Shown here in pieces: positions 38,110-50,460 of a DNA stretch of 64,000 nt; positions within the stretch are counted from its first letter, which is position 1; every line of letters begins with the position of its first letter. Below the pieces are notes generated by a model that was not told where the DNA came from, ran no database searches, and worked only from the letters and a program-made list of their open reading frames with translations. The DNA is from Octopus sinensis (taxonomy: Eukaryota): assembly GCF_006345805.1 (NCBI RefSeq), contig NC_043006.1, positions 23,498,001-23,562,000 of the forward strand. Direction: 5' to 3'. Both the position numbers and the translations under genes were made by a program.

Positions 38110-38460
38110 TCTGTATTTTTTATTCTCTCTTCGTTTTTTTTTCTTCTTGTTCCTTTCTGTTGAAGAGCATAGGCTCGAAACGTAAAAGACTTTTCCATTC
38201 TCTCGTTAAACTAATACACTTGCTTGTTATTCTTACACCTGTCTGCGTCTTTTGTCTTCTGTAAATTTGAACTATACATATATGCTGGACCGCTGAAATC
38301 TACAATTTTTTTCATTCTCTCTCTACTTATTTTCTTTGCTGACGAGTGTAGGCTCGAAACGTAAAAGTCTTTTTGATTTTCCCGAGAGTCAAACTAATAT
38401 ATTTGCTTGTTGTTCATATACCTGTCTTTGTCTTTTGTTTTTCTATAAATTTCAACTGTG
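37842..38460 (+). mobile_element. Three tandem copies of a short hammerhead-like repeat (family H; probable PLE-derived)
   Basis: Each copy contains a ..GAAGAGCGTAGGCTCGAAACGTAAAAGAC..CTAATAC..CACCTGTCTTCGTC-like segment; dispersed copies at 4125-4262, 23570-23750 and 51925-52110. Confidence 0.7.
37894..37929 (+). ncRNA. Minimal type-I hammerhead-like fold with variant core (CUGUAGA)
   Basis: CTTT-CTGTAGA-A-GAGC-GTAG-GCTC-GAAAC-GTA-AAAG: helix I 4 bp, helix II 4 bp with tetraloop, palindromic ACGT helix III, GUA triplet. Activity untested. Confidence 0.5.
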
Positions 38461-38470
38461 TGTGTGTGTG

Positions 38471-38502
<32 letters not shown>

Positions 38503-38559
38503 ACCACAAGCACGGTTTTACACGCACACACACACGCACACACACATACAGACATCTTT

Positions 38560-38760
38560 TTTATCTTTTACTTGTCTGTCATTTGACCGCGGCCATGCTG
38601 GATCACTGCCTTGAAGGCTTCTAGTCGAACAAATCAACCCCAAGACTTTTTTGTATACCTAGTACTTACTTTATCGCTCTCTTTTGCAGGATCGCTAAGT
38701 TAAGGGGACCTAAATACACCAGCACCATGGTGGAGGACAAGCACAGACAGAAACACACAC

Positions 38761-38853
<93 letters not shown>

Positions 38854-39062
38854 AAGACAGACAGACAGACAGACAGAGATAGATAGATATATATAGAGAG
38901 AGATACGACGGGCTTCTTTCAGTTTCTGTCTACTAAATCCACTCACAAGCGTTTGATTGACCTGAAGCTATAATAAAAATACTTGTTGAAGGTGCCATGC
39001 AGTGGGACTGAACCCAGAAATATGCGGTTGGGAAGCAAGCTTCTTACCACACAGCTACGCAT
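38560..39062 (-). mobile_element. SINE family B with internal (GATA)n
   Basis: Full-length match; the internal repeat here is (GATA)n/(GACA)n. Confidence 0.8.
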
Positions 39063-39064
39063 AT

Positions 39065-39143
<79 letters not shown>

Positions 39144-39157
39144 TGTATGTATGTATG

Positions 39158-39230
<73 letters not shown>

Positions 39231-39391
39231 GCACAGACATCCACACACAAATACATATACACACATATACAAACACACATATTTGTGCTGAAGAGGATAG
39301 ACGCTGCTCTTTATGGGACTTTATATAACTCTAAGTCCTCTACCATCATTCAGCGAATCAGTTTTAAGACTTTATCTACTTCTTTCCACAG

Positions 39392-39499
39392 ATTTAGATT
39401 AATAATGTCCATTAACAGTTCGTTTGTCCGTCTGTCTGTTTGTCTAATCCGTATTGTTTGCTAAAACAAAAGCGAAAACAAACGGAGTTAAAAGCGAAC
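39392..39499 (+). other. Candidate upstream exon (probably 5'UTR) of the 52590 gene
   Basis: Pyrimidine-rich acceptor TTTATCTACTTCTTTCCACAG| and consensus donor |GTAAGT at 39500-39505 bound 108 nt of unique sequence. All three frames read from the acceptor contain stops; there is a short uORF inside. The link to the downstream exon is inference. Confidence 0.35.
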
Positions 39500-39799
39500 G
39501 TAAGTGATTGGTTAATTGCTGGCAACGACATCTTCGTTCAGTTGGTCTTGTGTGTGGGAAGCGCAAAGAGGAGAATGAAAACAGCGTTTCGTTATGAAAA
39601 CATCTGGGATAATGTTTTGATATTAGGATGGCGTAGGCGCGTGCGTATTTCTATGAAGGAGCGTGGCTAAGTGGTTAAGAGATTTGACTCACAGTAGTAA
39701 GGTCGAGAGTTCGATTCCCGGCGGTGGGTTGTGTCTTATGAGCAAGATACTTTATTTTAGTCCACTTAGCTGGCAAAAATGATTGTATTTCGATGTTTG

Positions 39800-40179
39800 T
39801 GGAGGCGCAATGGCCCAGTGGTTAGGGCAGCGGACTCGCGGTCATAGGATCGCGGTTTCGATTCCCAGACCGGGTGCTGTGAGTGTTTATTGAGCGAAAA
39901 CACCTAAAAGCTCCACGAGGCTCCGGCAGGGGATGGTGGTGATCCCTGCTGTACCACAACTTTCTCTCACTCTTACTTCTTGTTTCTGTTGTACCTGTAT
40001 TTCAAGGGGCCGGCCTTGTCACTCTCTGTGTCATGCTGAATATCCCCGAGAACTAGGTTAAGGGTACACGGGTCTGTGGAGTGCTCAGCCACTTACACGT
40101 TAATTTCACGAGCAGGCTGTTCCGTTGATTCGGATCAACCGGTACCCTCATCGTCGTAACCGACGGAGTGCTTCCATCC
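39800..40179 (+). mobile_element. tRNA(Arg)-like SINE family C, full length with TSD
   Basis: Head GGAGGCGCAATGGCCCAGTGGTTAGGGCAGCGGACTCGCGG..GGTTTCGATTCCC; exact 13-bp TSD ATTTCGATGTTTG at 39787-39799 and 40180-40192. Related heads at 23250-23490, 30270-30350, 31365-31450, 39655-39785 and 52334-52450. Confidence 0.88.
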
Positions 40180-41276
40180 ATTTCGATGTTTGCTCATATT
40201 TTTATTCAAATATTGCCTTGCCGTTTGTCTATATCAAAAGTTTAAATAATCGGTAACGTGAAACATACGTTTCAAACAGCTTCATGTATACATATGTAGC
40301 GGCAGGATTTATTTTTGTAACGATAATGTTTTTGGCTGAAGTCGAGAGTCACCAGTTGTAGCGGGAGAAATTGATTGGTGAACATTATTAAGAAATTGTC
40401 GGAGTCAGCTAGTGTGACGATAATAATTTGTTATAACAGCAAGTTGTAAGATGTGAAAGATAAAAAATGAATGAAGCTTTAAGGACATATTTATTTACCG
40501 TTACGTTGCAAATACCTCGCCTCGACGGGCAGATTATGATAAATCCAAAAGCATGTGAAATAAAGTTTGTGTTTGTGTCCTATTCATTGTTTAGTAGTAA
40601 TTACAGAGAGAGAGATAGAATGATGCTGTAAGAGAACAGAATTAGAAATAGAGAGAAGTGTTGGGTGTTGTCTGACAGTAAACTTCATTTCTCCCTCTGA
40701 CCAAGGTTCTAGCTGGTCAACCAGACTTCGTCGTCACCGAAGTGGCTACTTGGTTGAGTCGCCACCGAAGTGATGACTAACTGATTTTTGCTTGGGGTGT
40801 GCTTGCTTATATAAAGATCCAGAAGGATAGATATATCATTGAGAACAATAGATTTAGTTGGTGGCCTTATCATCTTTACTCTAGCTTTAGCAACTCAATC
40901 ATCATTGAATGACATTATCCACAATACGTACATATGGGACTAAATATTATATTCTTTTGTAGGGGATATTGGTACGTCTTTCAATGATGATTTCCTGTCT
41001 AGGGGTTCTATCTTTCCTGTGTTCTCCATAACAAGTTTAATTGTTAGTTCGAAACTAACAATTAGCTTTAGTTATTATATTATTATTATAATTAATATTA
41101 ATATCAGGGAAGTTATTTCCGAGTCCACAGGGGAGAAAAGTTCAATTTAGTGGTACTAAAATGAATTACTGTATTATATACATGTATATAGATAGGTTTA
41201 AGAGACAGAATCACCCTCAAGCAACTCAATCATCATTGAAAGACATTATCCACAATATGTACACATTGGACAAAAT

Positions 41277-41690
41277 ATTAATCACAAACCCGGTTTCATT
41301 GTTACCACTTACGTAATACTTATGTAAATGTCTGCAATTCATCAGTATGATCATCATAGCAAAATATAATTTGCAGAACTATACACAGAAGGTCTGCATG
41401 AGATTGAACATGTATATAGTTCTACCCATTACATTTGGGGTTATATTTCAAAAGTCTTCGTTTTGGCGCGCTAAAATATCGGAAATAATTCTGCAGAAAA
41501 TAATTCTCTGCAGTGCATTCTTGCCGGATAGAGAACATGATTATTTAAATTTAAATAATGGGGCGAAAAATTGAAGATTCAGAGAAATTATAGTTCTTCA
41601 AATTATATTTTACTATGACGATCACACTGATGAATTGCGGACATTTACGTATTACGTAGTGGTAACAATGAAACCGGGTTTGTGATTAAT
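41277..41690. mobile_element. MITE-like element with ~105-bp terminal inverted repeats
   Basis: ATTAATCACAAACCCGGTTTCATTGTTACCAC.. (41277-41383) is inverted at 41589-41690. Confidence 0.75.
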
Positions 41691-41941
41691 CTTTATATTT
41701 TGTATCTTTTCATTTATCTTACGTTCTGGCGTTTGCTGAATTTTCTTGAGAACAATCTTTTCTTAGTGGTCTGACAATATGGGGTCTACCTCAAGCGAAA
41801 TGGATGTCCACTTAGAGGACATCCCTCTTATATGTATGTAATATAATTTTTCTGAATCTTCAGATTTTTCAATATGCTAGGCCACTGGTTTTAAATTGAT
41901 ATTAATCAAATTAATATTCAATTTTTCACCCTTATTATTTA

Positions 41942-41984
<43 letters not shown>

Positions 41985-43573
41985 CACACACACACACACA
42001 CACACGCATATATATATATATATATAATAAATTTAAATATTGGATAAAATCTTTATAAGAATTTATCAAGTAGTTAGCGTGAAAAACCTCATAAGGGGAA
42101 AATTTATTAATTATTCCCTATAAATATATTTATTTATATTAAGAGCATTACTATACATAAATGCCTCACGCTAGGAGGGACTCTTAAAGTCAAAACTACT
42201 ATAATAATCACATTGTACCGAACGCGAGGGAATGCAACTCTCGACGCGAGCCTCCTAAAAACAGCTGCATATCATATGATTTCGTAATTAGTGCACAAAA
42301 TGCACTTTTTACTCGTCAGTGCAAGCATAGTCAAGACATATAAGAATAAACAAAAATCAACATACCAGACGAACACCAGCATAGTACATAGAAATTGTTT
42401 ACACTTATATATCTATGTAAGAGGCGGGCTTTTCGAATTGCATTTCGGTACGCGTGTTTATCTACATATATAAAACTGAGAATATGAGTGTGTGTGTGTG
42501 TCTGACTCTCTGTCTGTGTGTGTGAATCCCTAAAACTTGAGAACTACACAACCAATTTCATTCAAATTTTACACATGCCTTACTTAGGGTCCATGTAGTG
42601 TCATGGGCAAAAATATTTCTACCTTCTTGCCTAGGGCGAGCCCACAGCAATATCATATCTTCTCCACTATTTCAGTATTACGTGTTAAAAGTGAAACAAA
42701 AACATCTCTCTATTGTAATGTCAGATACTTTCACTTTAATACTGTAACTATTAAAGTCAAACTATTATATAAGAGGGATGAACCATTAACACTGGACATT
42801 CATTTTGCTAGAAGAAGATCCGCTATGGTCTTATATGCTACACCACTGGTTTTCAATTCGTATTAATCAAATTAATATTCAATTTCTCACCCTTATTATT
42901 TTAAATTTCAATTTAAACCCAGGACCTTGTGTTTGGGAATGAAGTTTGTTACCACACAGCCACACCTGCACCTATGTATGTGTGTGTGTGTATTGTGTGT
43001 GTGTATAGCTGTATATGTATGCATTTATTTCTATACATATAGATGTATATGTATACATGTATATGTGTAGATGTATATATAGATGTACATGTAATATGTA
43101 CACATATATATTCACATATATACATACATACATACATATATACACCCATACACACACACAAACACACACACACATACATAGGTGCAGCTGTGGCTGTGTG
43201 GTAACAAACTTCGTTCCAAAGTACATAGTCCTGGGTTCAGTCCCACTGTGTGGTGACTTGGCATGTGTCTTCTGCTATAGCCTCAGACAAACCAAAGCCT
43301 TGTCAGTGAATTTTGTAGACAGAAACTGAAAGAAATCAATCGTATATATATATATATATATATGTAAGTCTATGTGTGTGTCTTTGTGTTTCTCTCTCAT
43401 CACTGCTTCACAACTGGTGTTCGTTTATTTACATCCCCATAAGTTTCACAAGAAGAAACTGATAGGATAAGTACCAGGCTTATCAAAATAAAAAAGCACT
43501 ACGCTGTGTCTCATATTTTTTCGCCCACTCAGTTGTATCTATCAATTTATCTTTGTATGTGTATATATATATA

Positions 43574-43663
<90 letters not shown>

Positions 43664-44176
43664 ATATGTGTACATTCATATTTATTATATCAAAGACAAT
43701 GTCTTTATGTGTTCGTGTATTACTTATACATTAAAAAACTGCTGCACCGATCATAATGAAATTTGGAACACAAAATCAAAGCCTAGGTAGAAGGGTGATG
43801 CGTGTGTTTCATACAATTTCATGGACCAAAATTACTGAATGGATCCTTATGGTATTTGAAACTTAGATTCAATGCATAAGGGCGGGTATAATGCAATATG
43901 TTTGGTTTGAATTTCAGATGGCTTAAAGAGTGCAGAACCCCCCATGAAAATTCATAAATTTTCGATGTTGATGAAATTTCAACCATGGGTAATTGACACA
44001 CACCAAGAAGTATTCTCAAAGTTTCCACTTCACATGAGGATTCTAAGACACCTTAATGGGGGCCTTAACTCCCAAATCTTAGTAATTTCTTTTATGATCC
44101 AAAACTAAGTCAAAAGTCATATACAGCCACGCCTGTATATGTAAATCTTTGTATAGATAGACCGAGAGACAGACAC

Positions 44177-44225
<49 letters not shown>

Positions 44226-44226
44226 C

Positions 44227-44265
<39 letters not shown>

Positions 44266-44274
44266 CAGATAGAC

Positions 44275-44313
<39 letters not shown>

Positions 44314-44314
44314 C

Positions 44315-44345
<31 letters not shown>

Positions 44346-44356
44346 CAGATAGACAG

Positions 44357-44397
<41 letters not shown>

Positions 44398-44619
44398 TGA
44401 ATATACGTATATTTGTTTGTGTGTGTGTGTGCATACATATATGTGATTTCGTCCTTCTGTGCATCCGTGTATATGCGTGTGTGCTGTAGCTAGGAAACCC
44501 GTACTGAGAATCTATGGAATGTTCTATTTACCATTAATCAATTCTTTGTATGACTTATTATACATACGTAACAAAAGAACCAGCTGGAATACACACATAC
44601 ACACACACGTACGCATACA

Positions 44620-44662
<43 letters not shown>

Positions 44663-44988
44663 GGCTGTGTGAGCATTTATGCGAGAGAAGGTGTGTAAAT
44701 GTGTGTGAGTATGTATGTATTATTGAGTGTGTGTATGTGTGTTGTGTGTGTGTGAATATGTGTGCTTGTGTGTGCGCGCGTGCGTGAGCAACTATGAGTC
44801 TATGTATGAGAATGTGTATCAGTTTTTGCGTGGTGTGCGTATGCGTGTGCGAGTGTGTGTGTATTGTGCGTGTGATTATTAACAATTAATGCAATCAATG
44901 GTTTCGAATTGAATTGGGGTTTTTCTTTTCTATTTTTTTTTGTTATTGTCGATATTATTTTGCGTATTATTCACACACACACAAACAC

Positions 44989-45027
<39 letters not shown>

Positions 45028-45599
45028 TTTTTTCTCAGAGCATTTTTTTTTTCTTTCTCATTCGACGATTCCAGAAAAAAAATGTCATTCAACTTTTAGA
45101 ATAGGATCTCAAGAGGGAGAGCCACCATGCAACGGCGCCGGCCTGTTGACCTGCTAGAAATAGCAATGAAATCTCCTTGCCATCATAAGAAAGGACGAAA
45201 AGAAAGAAACATTGGATGATGTTATCCTAAATATTAGACAGGGATGGTCAGGACCGGAGTGCCGTCGACCAGAGATCTGCCCGGTCAGGACTAACAACAG
45301 CAACAACTACCACCACCACCACCACCACCACCACCACCACCACTATCACCCCCACAACCACCACCACCACCACCACCACAACCACCACCACCACCACCAC
45401 CACCACCACCACCACAACCACAACCACCACCACCACCGCTACAACTGCGGCGGCGGCAGTAGCAACGAGAACACCACAGTCTGGAGCAACCAACACCAAA
45501 ACAAGAGAAATAAACAAAACAACAAAAACATCAAAACAATAACAATAACAGCAACAACAACGATATCAGAACCTCTCCTATCATATCAATAACAGGCGT

Positions 45600-45917
45600 C
45601 GCTAAGCAACCGCATCGATAAGGTATCAATGGCCAAACAGTGAAGCCAATACAATTGTGTGGTTTGTTACAATGGCAGCGAAGGGTCAATAATAATGATT
45701 TATGAATGAGCTCAGCTGTTGCTGCTGTTGGCTAATTGGTTGCGGGTGGCCGGGTGGAGAGGGTAGACCACACGGCAACGAGCGAATCGTCGGGAACGTT
45801 GTTCGAATCCACTCGCTGCCGTTGTGACGTTTGGCGACGCCCGCGGTCAACGAGACGTCGAACTTCATTCTAAACGGCCCGCGCGTGTGTGTGTGGGTGG
45901 GTGGGGTGGGGTGGGGG
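45600..45917. promoter_or_regulatory. Candidate CpG-rich enhancer/promoter with clustered TF motifs and G4 motif
   Basis: Unique, CpG-rich segment with CATCGATA, ACAATGG, AAGGGTCA, TGATTTATG, CAGCTG, TAATTG/ATTGG and GGGTGGGTGGGGTGGGGTGGGGG. Motif matches only. Confidence 0.3.
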
Positions 45918-45949
45918 CAACTACCACCCGTGTCATCTCTTGTGAAAGG

Positions 45950-46202
45950 TAGGAGAGTCCAGTTTGCTGGACATTGTTGTAGAGCTGAAAACGAGGCAAT
46001 TTCTACTCTTCTCCTCTGGAAGCCATCTGCTCGCAACACCAGAGGGCACACACTCTCCTTACCCTGATGTAATCTCCAGGGACACAGGCATCCAGCAACA
46101 GGACCTCCGTAATGCCATGATGGACCGTGAACTCTGGCGTAGCATGGTAAATTCCATTGTCTCGACCACGGTCGAACAATGATGATGATGATGATGATGA
46201 TG

Positions 46203-46204
<2 letters not shown>
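45950..46204 (+). mobile_element. RTE-type LINE 3' end with (GAT)n tail
   Basis: FAGHCCRAENEAISTLLLWKP...YPDVISRDTG...LRNAMMDRELWR, then a TGATGATGA tail. Confidence 0.8.
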
Positions 46205-46247
<43 letters not shown>

Positions 46248-46444
46248 TTTTATTCTTTTACTTGCTGCCATGAATTTTTAGCGGAATGACTCGACCCCAT
46301 TACTTCTGTTGTTTATCAACCCTGGTACTTATCCCATAGTCTCTTTTACTGAACCGCTAAGTTACGGTAACGTTAACGCATCAATACTGATTGTTCAATG
46401 GTGGTGGACAAACACAGATACAAAAGCACACCAACACATGAGAT

Positions 46445-46502
<58 letters not shown>

Positions 46503-46599
46503 CTTGGATAAAACTTAGATATGTTTCGACCAAAGATTGGTCCAGGCCATGTCTAACTTAATAGCACCACCTGATAGGATTATCTAAATCCTGTTTAAG

Positions 46600-47114
46600 T
46601 CAAGTTTTGTTTATGGTCCATTCAAGTAGTGAGTTTTTGTTGGGTGAGTTGTATCCAATTATTGTTGGCTTATCTGGTATTCCTTGAAGGAATCTATCCA
46701 GACTCCGTTTAAAGTTGATGGGATCCTTTCCCTCTTTGATCTCTTTCGGGGCAATGTTAAATAGGGCAGGGCCTGTTGAGGAAAATAAATTATGTTGCAG
46801 TGTACATGTATGCTGTGATCTCGAATTGGGCAGGGGACGTATGGCCCGTGGTCCCAGTCTTGGATGAACCTTGAAGCTAATGTTCAGGTCGTTTGGGCAA
46901 AGTTGGCGGTATATTCTCCACATCGTACAAATGATGTACCGCTCGCGGCGACGCTGGAGAGAGTAGGGTTTCAAGGCTATAGGGCGGTCCCAATAATCGA
47001 GAGCAGCCATACCTTCAATTCGTTTAGTGAGTGCCTTCTGGGGTGATTCAATCCTCGAGATGTTTTGTCTTGTATGGGGAGACCACAGTGGGCAGCAGTA
47101 TTCGAGGTGTGACG
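46600..47114 (-). mobile_element. CR1/L2-type LINE 3' end
   Basis: SHLEYCCPLWSPH..ISRIESPQKALTKRI..YSLQRRRERY..GPALFNIAPKEIK..FKRSLDRFLQGIPDKP, ending at the stop at 46600. Confidence 0.88.
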
Positions 47115-47124
47115 TACATATACA

Positions 47125-47200
<76 letters not shown>

Positions 47201-47527
47201 TATATACGTATAGATATATAATACATATACGTGTAAATATATATACATATACGTGTAAATATATATATAACATATATATACAATATATATATACATATAT
47301 ACATATATTATATATACATATATATATATATGCATACATATATATATACATATACATCTATATACTATATATATATGCATACATAATATATATATACATA
47401 TACATCTATATATACTATATATCACACACATGTATAAATATATAACATATATATACACACACATATATATATATATATATATTATATACATATATATATA
47501 TATTATATATATATATATATTATATAC

Positions 47528-47570
<43 letters not shown>

Positions 47571-47685
47571 TATATACATACATATACGTGTAAATATATA
47601 TATATATATGTACATATACATATGCATATATATACGTATAAAAATGTATATATATACGTGTATATATATATATATATATATATAT

Positions 47686-48160
47686 ACCAAAAAATAAGCA
47701 ACAAGAATGGATCGGTAGTTTAGTACAATTGTTTCATACTATAACAATTTATTAAAGCTGCAAATATGACAGCAAATATAATGTTAAGTAATCTTCAGCT
47801 AATTAGATGCGAACTTAATCGGGGTCTGATTGGCATCTTTCTTCATGTTTCCTGAAATTTATATCCACATCTTTATGAGTATATTTACCTTCTCTGGGAT
47901 GTCACTAATTAATTTGAGAACTTTGTATTGTTGGAAAGCATATATGGTCTGCTTGAAATCTTGCTTCAAGTTCCTGGAGCTCACATCTATAACTTTATAA
48001 GTATATTTACACTCTCTAAGATGTTTGGAAAACCTATATGAAATTAGCAGAAGAGTACTTAACATTATATTTGCTGTAATATTTGCAGCTTTAATAAATT
48101 GTTATAGTATGAAACAATTGTACTAAACTACCGATCCATTCTTGTTGCTTATTTTTTGGT
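47686..48160. mobile_element. MITE-like element with ~105-bp near-perfect terminal inverted repeats
   Basis: ACCAAAAAATAAGCAACAAGAATGGATCGG..ATGTTAAGTA (47686-47790) is inverted at 48056-48160. Confidence 0.8.
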
Positions 48161-48266
48161 TATAATCACCCCACATAACTTTCTGGGTAATACCATAAAA
48201 AAATTCTGGTGCATCTAAGTTAAGTACCATATTCATTTGAATCTAAATTGTTTTGCTGAAATTATA

Positions 48267-48269
<3 letters not shown>

Positions 48270-48302
<33 letters not shown>

Positions 48303-48795
48303 TCAGCGTCCGCTTTCCATGCTAGCATGGGTTGGACGGTTCAACTGGGGTCTGTGAAGCCAGAAGGCTGCATCAGGCCCAGTCTGATCTGGCAGTGTTT
48401 CTACGACTGGATGCCCTTCCTAACGCCAACCACTCCGTGAGTGTAGTGGGTGCCTTTTACGTTCCACCCGCTCAAGTGCCAGACTGAGCTGGCAAACGGC
48501 CACGAACGGATGGTGCTTTTTACGTGCCACCGGCACGGGGGCCAGGCGAGGCTGGCAACGGTCACGATCGGATGGTGCTTTGCTTTTACGCGCCACCGGC
48601 ACGGGTGCCAGGCGAGGCTGGCAACGGCCACGAACGGATGGTGCTACGTGCCACCGGCACGGGGGCCAGGCGAGGCTGGTAACGGCCACGAACGGATGGT
48701 GCTTTTACGTGCCACCGGCACGGAGGCCAGTCGGGGCGGCGCTGGCAACGGCCACGATTGGATGGTTCGCTTACTTGTCACCGGCACTGGTATCA
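48270..48795 (-). mobile_element. Repeat family D (SINE-like, internal ~55-60 bp tandem units, (GAT)n tail)
   Basis: GGTTGGCGTTAGGAAGGGCATCCAG tail and GGTGGCACGTAAAAAGCACC units; other copies at 2740-2900(+) and 59865-60090(+). Confidence 0.8.
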
Positions 48796-48879
48796 CAGCT
48801 GCAATTTCCATTGATGTTGATCGACTTCGATTTTGGTTCTGCTTTCCGATATCTGATTTGATTTGGTTTGATTTTGATT

Positions 48880-49368
48880 TTGATTTTATATATATATATA
48901 CATATATATACATATATATATATATAATACATATATATATAATATACATACATTATATATATATACATACATATATATATTATAACATACATATATATAT
49001 ATATACATAATATATATACATACATATATATATATATACATACATATATATATATAATAACATATATATATATACATATATATACCATATATATATATAT
49101 ACATATACATATATATATTACATATACATTATATATATATATACATATACATATATATATATATACACATATACATATATATACATATATATATATACAT
49201 ACATATATATATATACATATATATATATACATATATATATATACATATATATATATACATATATATATTACATATATATATATACATATATATATATATA
49301 CATTATATACATATATATATACATACATATATATATATACATACGATATGTATGTGTACATATATATG

Positions 49369-49417
<49 letters not shown>

Positions 49418-49858
49418 AAACGGCAGTTTGTCTGTCTGTGTGTCTGTCAGGTTGTACCCTCACCCTGACCATGGCTTTCAACCGATTCTGATGAAACTTG
49501 ACACACACATAGCCCAATGTCATAATTCAAAACTAATGCAGCGAAAATTTTGAAAAGTTCCCCCAGTTCTAAAAAAATCGATAAATTCGACATGGGGTCG
49601 AGAATCTAAGCTTTTTATATGCAACACATTTTCTGAGCTGTACGTGGGCTGTTCATGCGTTGGGAGGTGCAATGATGTTTTCGCCCAAAGGGACAGCTAG
49701 GAACATCGTATACACAGAGTGTTCGAGTGAAAAGAAGACATTGCAACCTACACATGCGCCTTCGTTCCCTAGAGGGAAAGGACTAGATTGGGATTAGTCG
49801 TTGCCTACTAGGGGCTCTTACATACCCGGGCAACGCCGGGCTATGCTGCTAGTATATA

Positions 49859-49896
<38 letters not shown>

Positions 49897-50179
49897 TATA
49901 TATATGTATATATATATAATATGTATATATATATATGTTATATATATATATATGTAATATATATATGTATATATATATATATGTATATATATATATGTAT
50001 ATATATATATATGATATATATATGTATATATATATATATGTATATATATATGTATATATATATATATGTATATGTATATATATATATGTATATATATATG
50101 TATTATGTATATATATATATATGTATATGTATATATATATATATGTATTGTATATATATATATATGTATATGATAATAT

Positions 50180-50225
<46 letters not shown>

Positions 50226-50230
50226 TATAC

Positions 50231-50262
<32 letters not shown>

Positions 50263-50460
50263 ATATATACATATACATATATATATATACATATACATAT
50301 ATATATATACATATATATATACATATACATATATATATACATATACATATATATTATATACATATATATATACATATAGATATATATATTACATATATAT
50401 ATTACATATATATTATACATATATATATATATACATATATATATATACATATATATATGT
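48880..50460. repeat. Two ~500-600 bp degenerate (TA)n/(TATG)n tracts flanking the inverted HINE
   Basis: Directly visible; dozens of shorter (TA)n, (CA)n and (GATA)n tracts occur throughout (for example 2320-2520, 22255-22340, 44165-44397, 47130-47690). Confidence 0.95.
49415..49853 (-). mobile_element. HINE-like element (inverted duplicate of 51451-51890)
   Basis: ACTAGCAGCATAGCCCGGCGTTGCCCGGG start and ACAGACAGACAAACTGCCGTTTATA end on the minus strand; almost identical to 51451-51890. Confidence 0.75.

Noticed and set aside
38338-38370. Apparently canonical CUGACGA hammerhead core
   Set aside because: It arises by mutation of the family H copy; helix II cannot form in that register, so it was not counted as an intact ribozyme.
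39800-39870. tRNA-Arg gene (also 11121, 23250, 52334)
   Set aside because: A and B boxes are present but there is no complete cloverleaf; they continue into SINE bodies, one with a TSD.
40295-40605. Solo LTR (TGT...AATAAA...ACA)
   Set aside because: No TSD, no second copy, and no internal retroviral sequence.
45212-45592. Poly-His / poly-Val ORFs
   Set aside because: (CAC)n/(CAA)n microsatellite.
48450-49010. CRISPR-like array, or genes from the overlapping 89-186 aa ORFs
   Set aside because: Both alternating parts are repeated, they belong to dispersed family D, and the ORFs run on into (TA)n.
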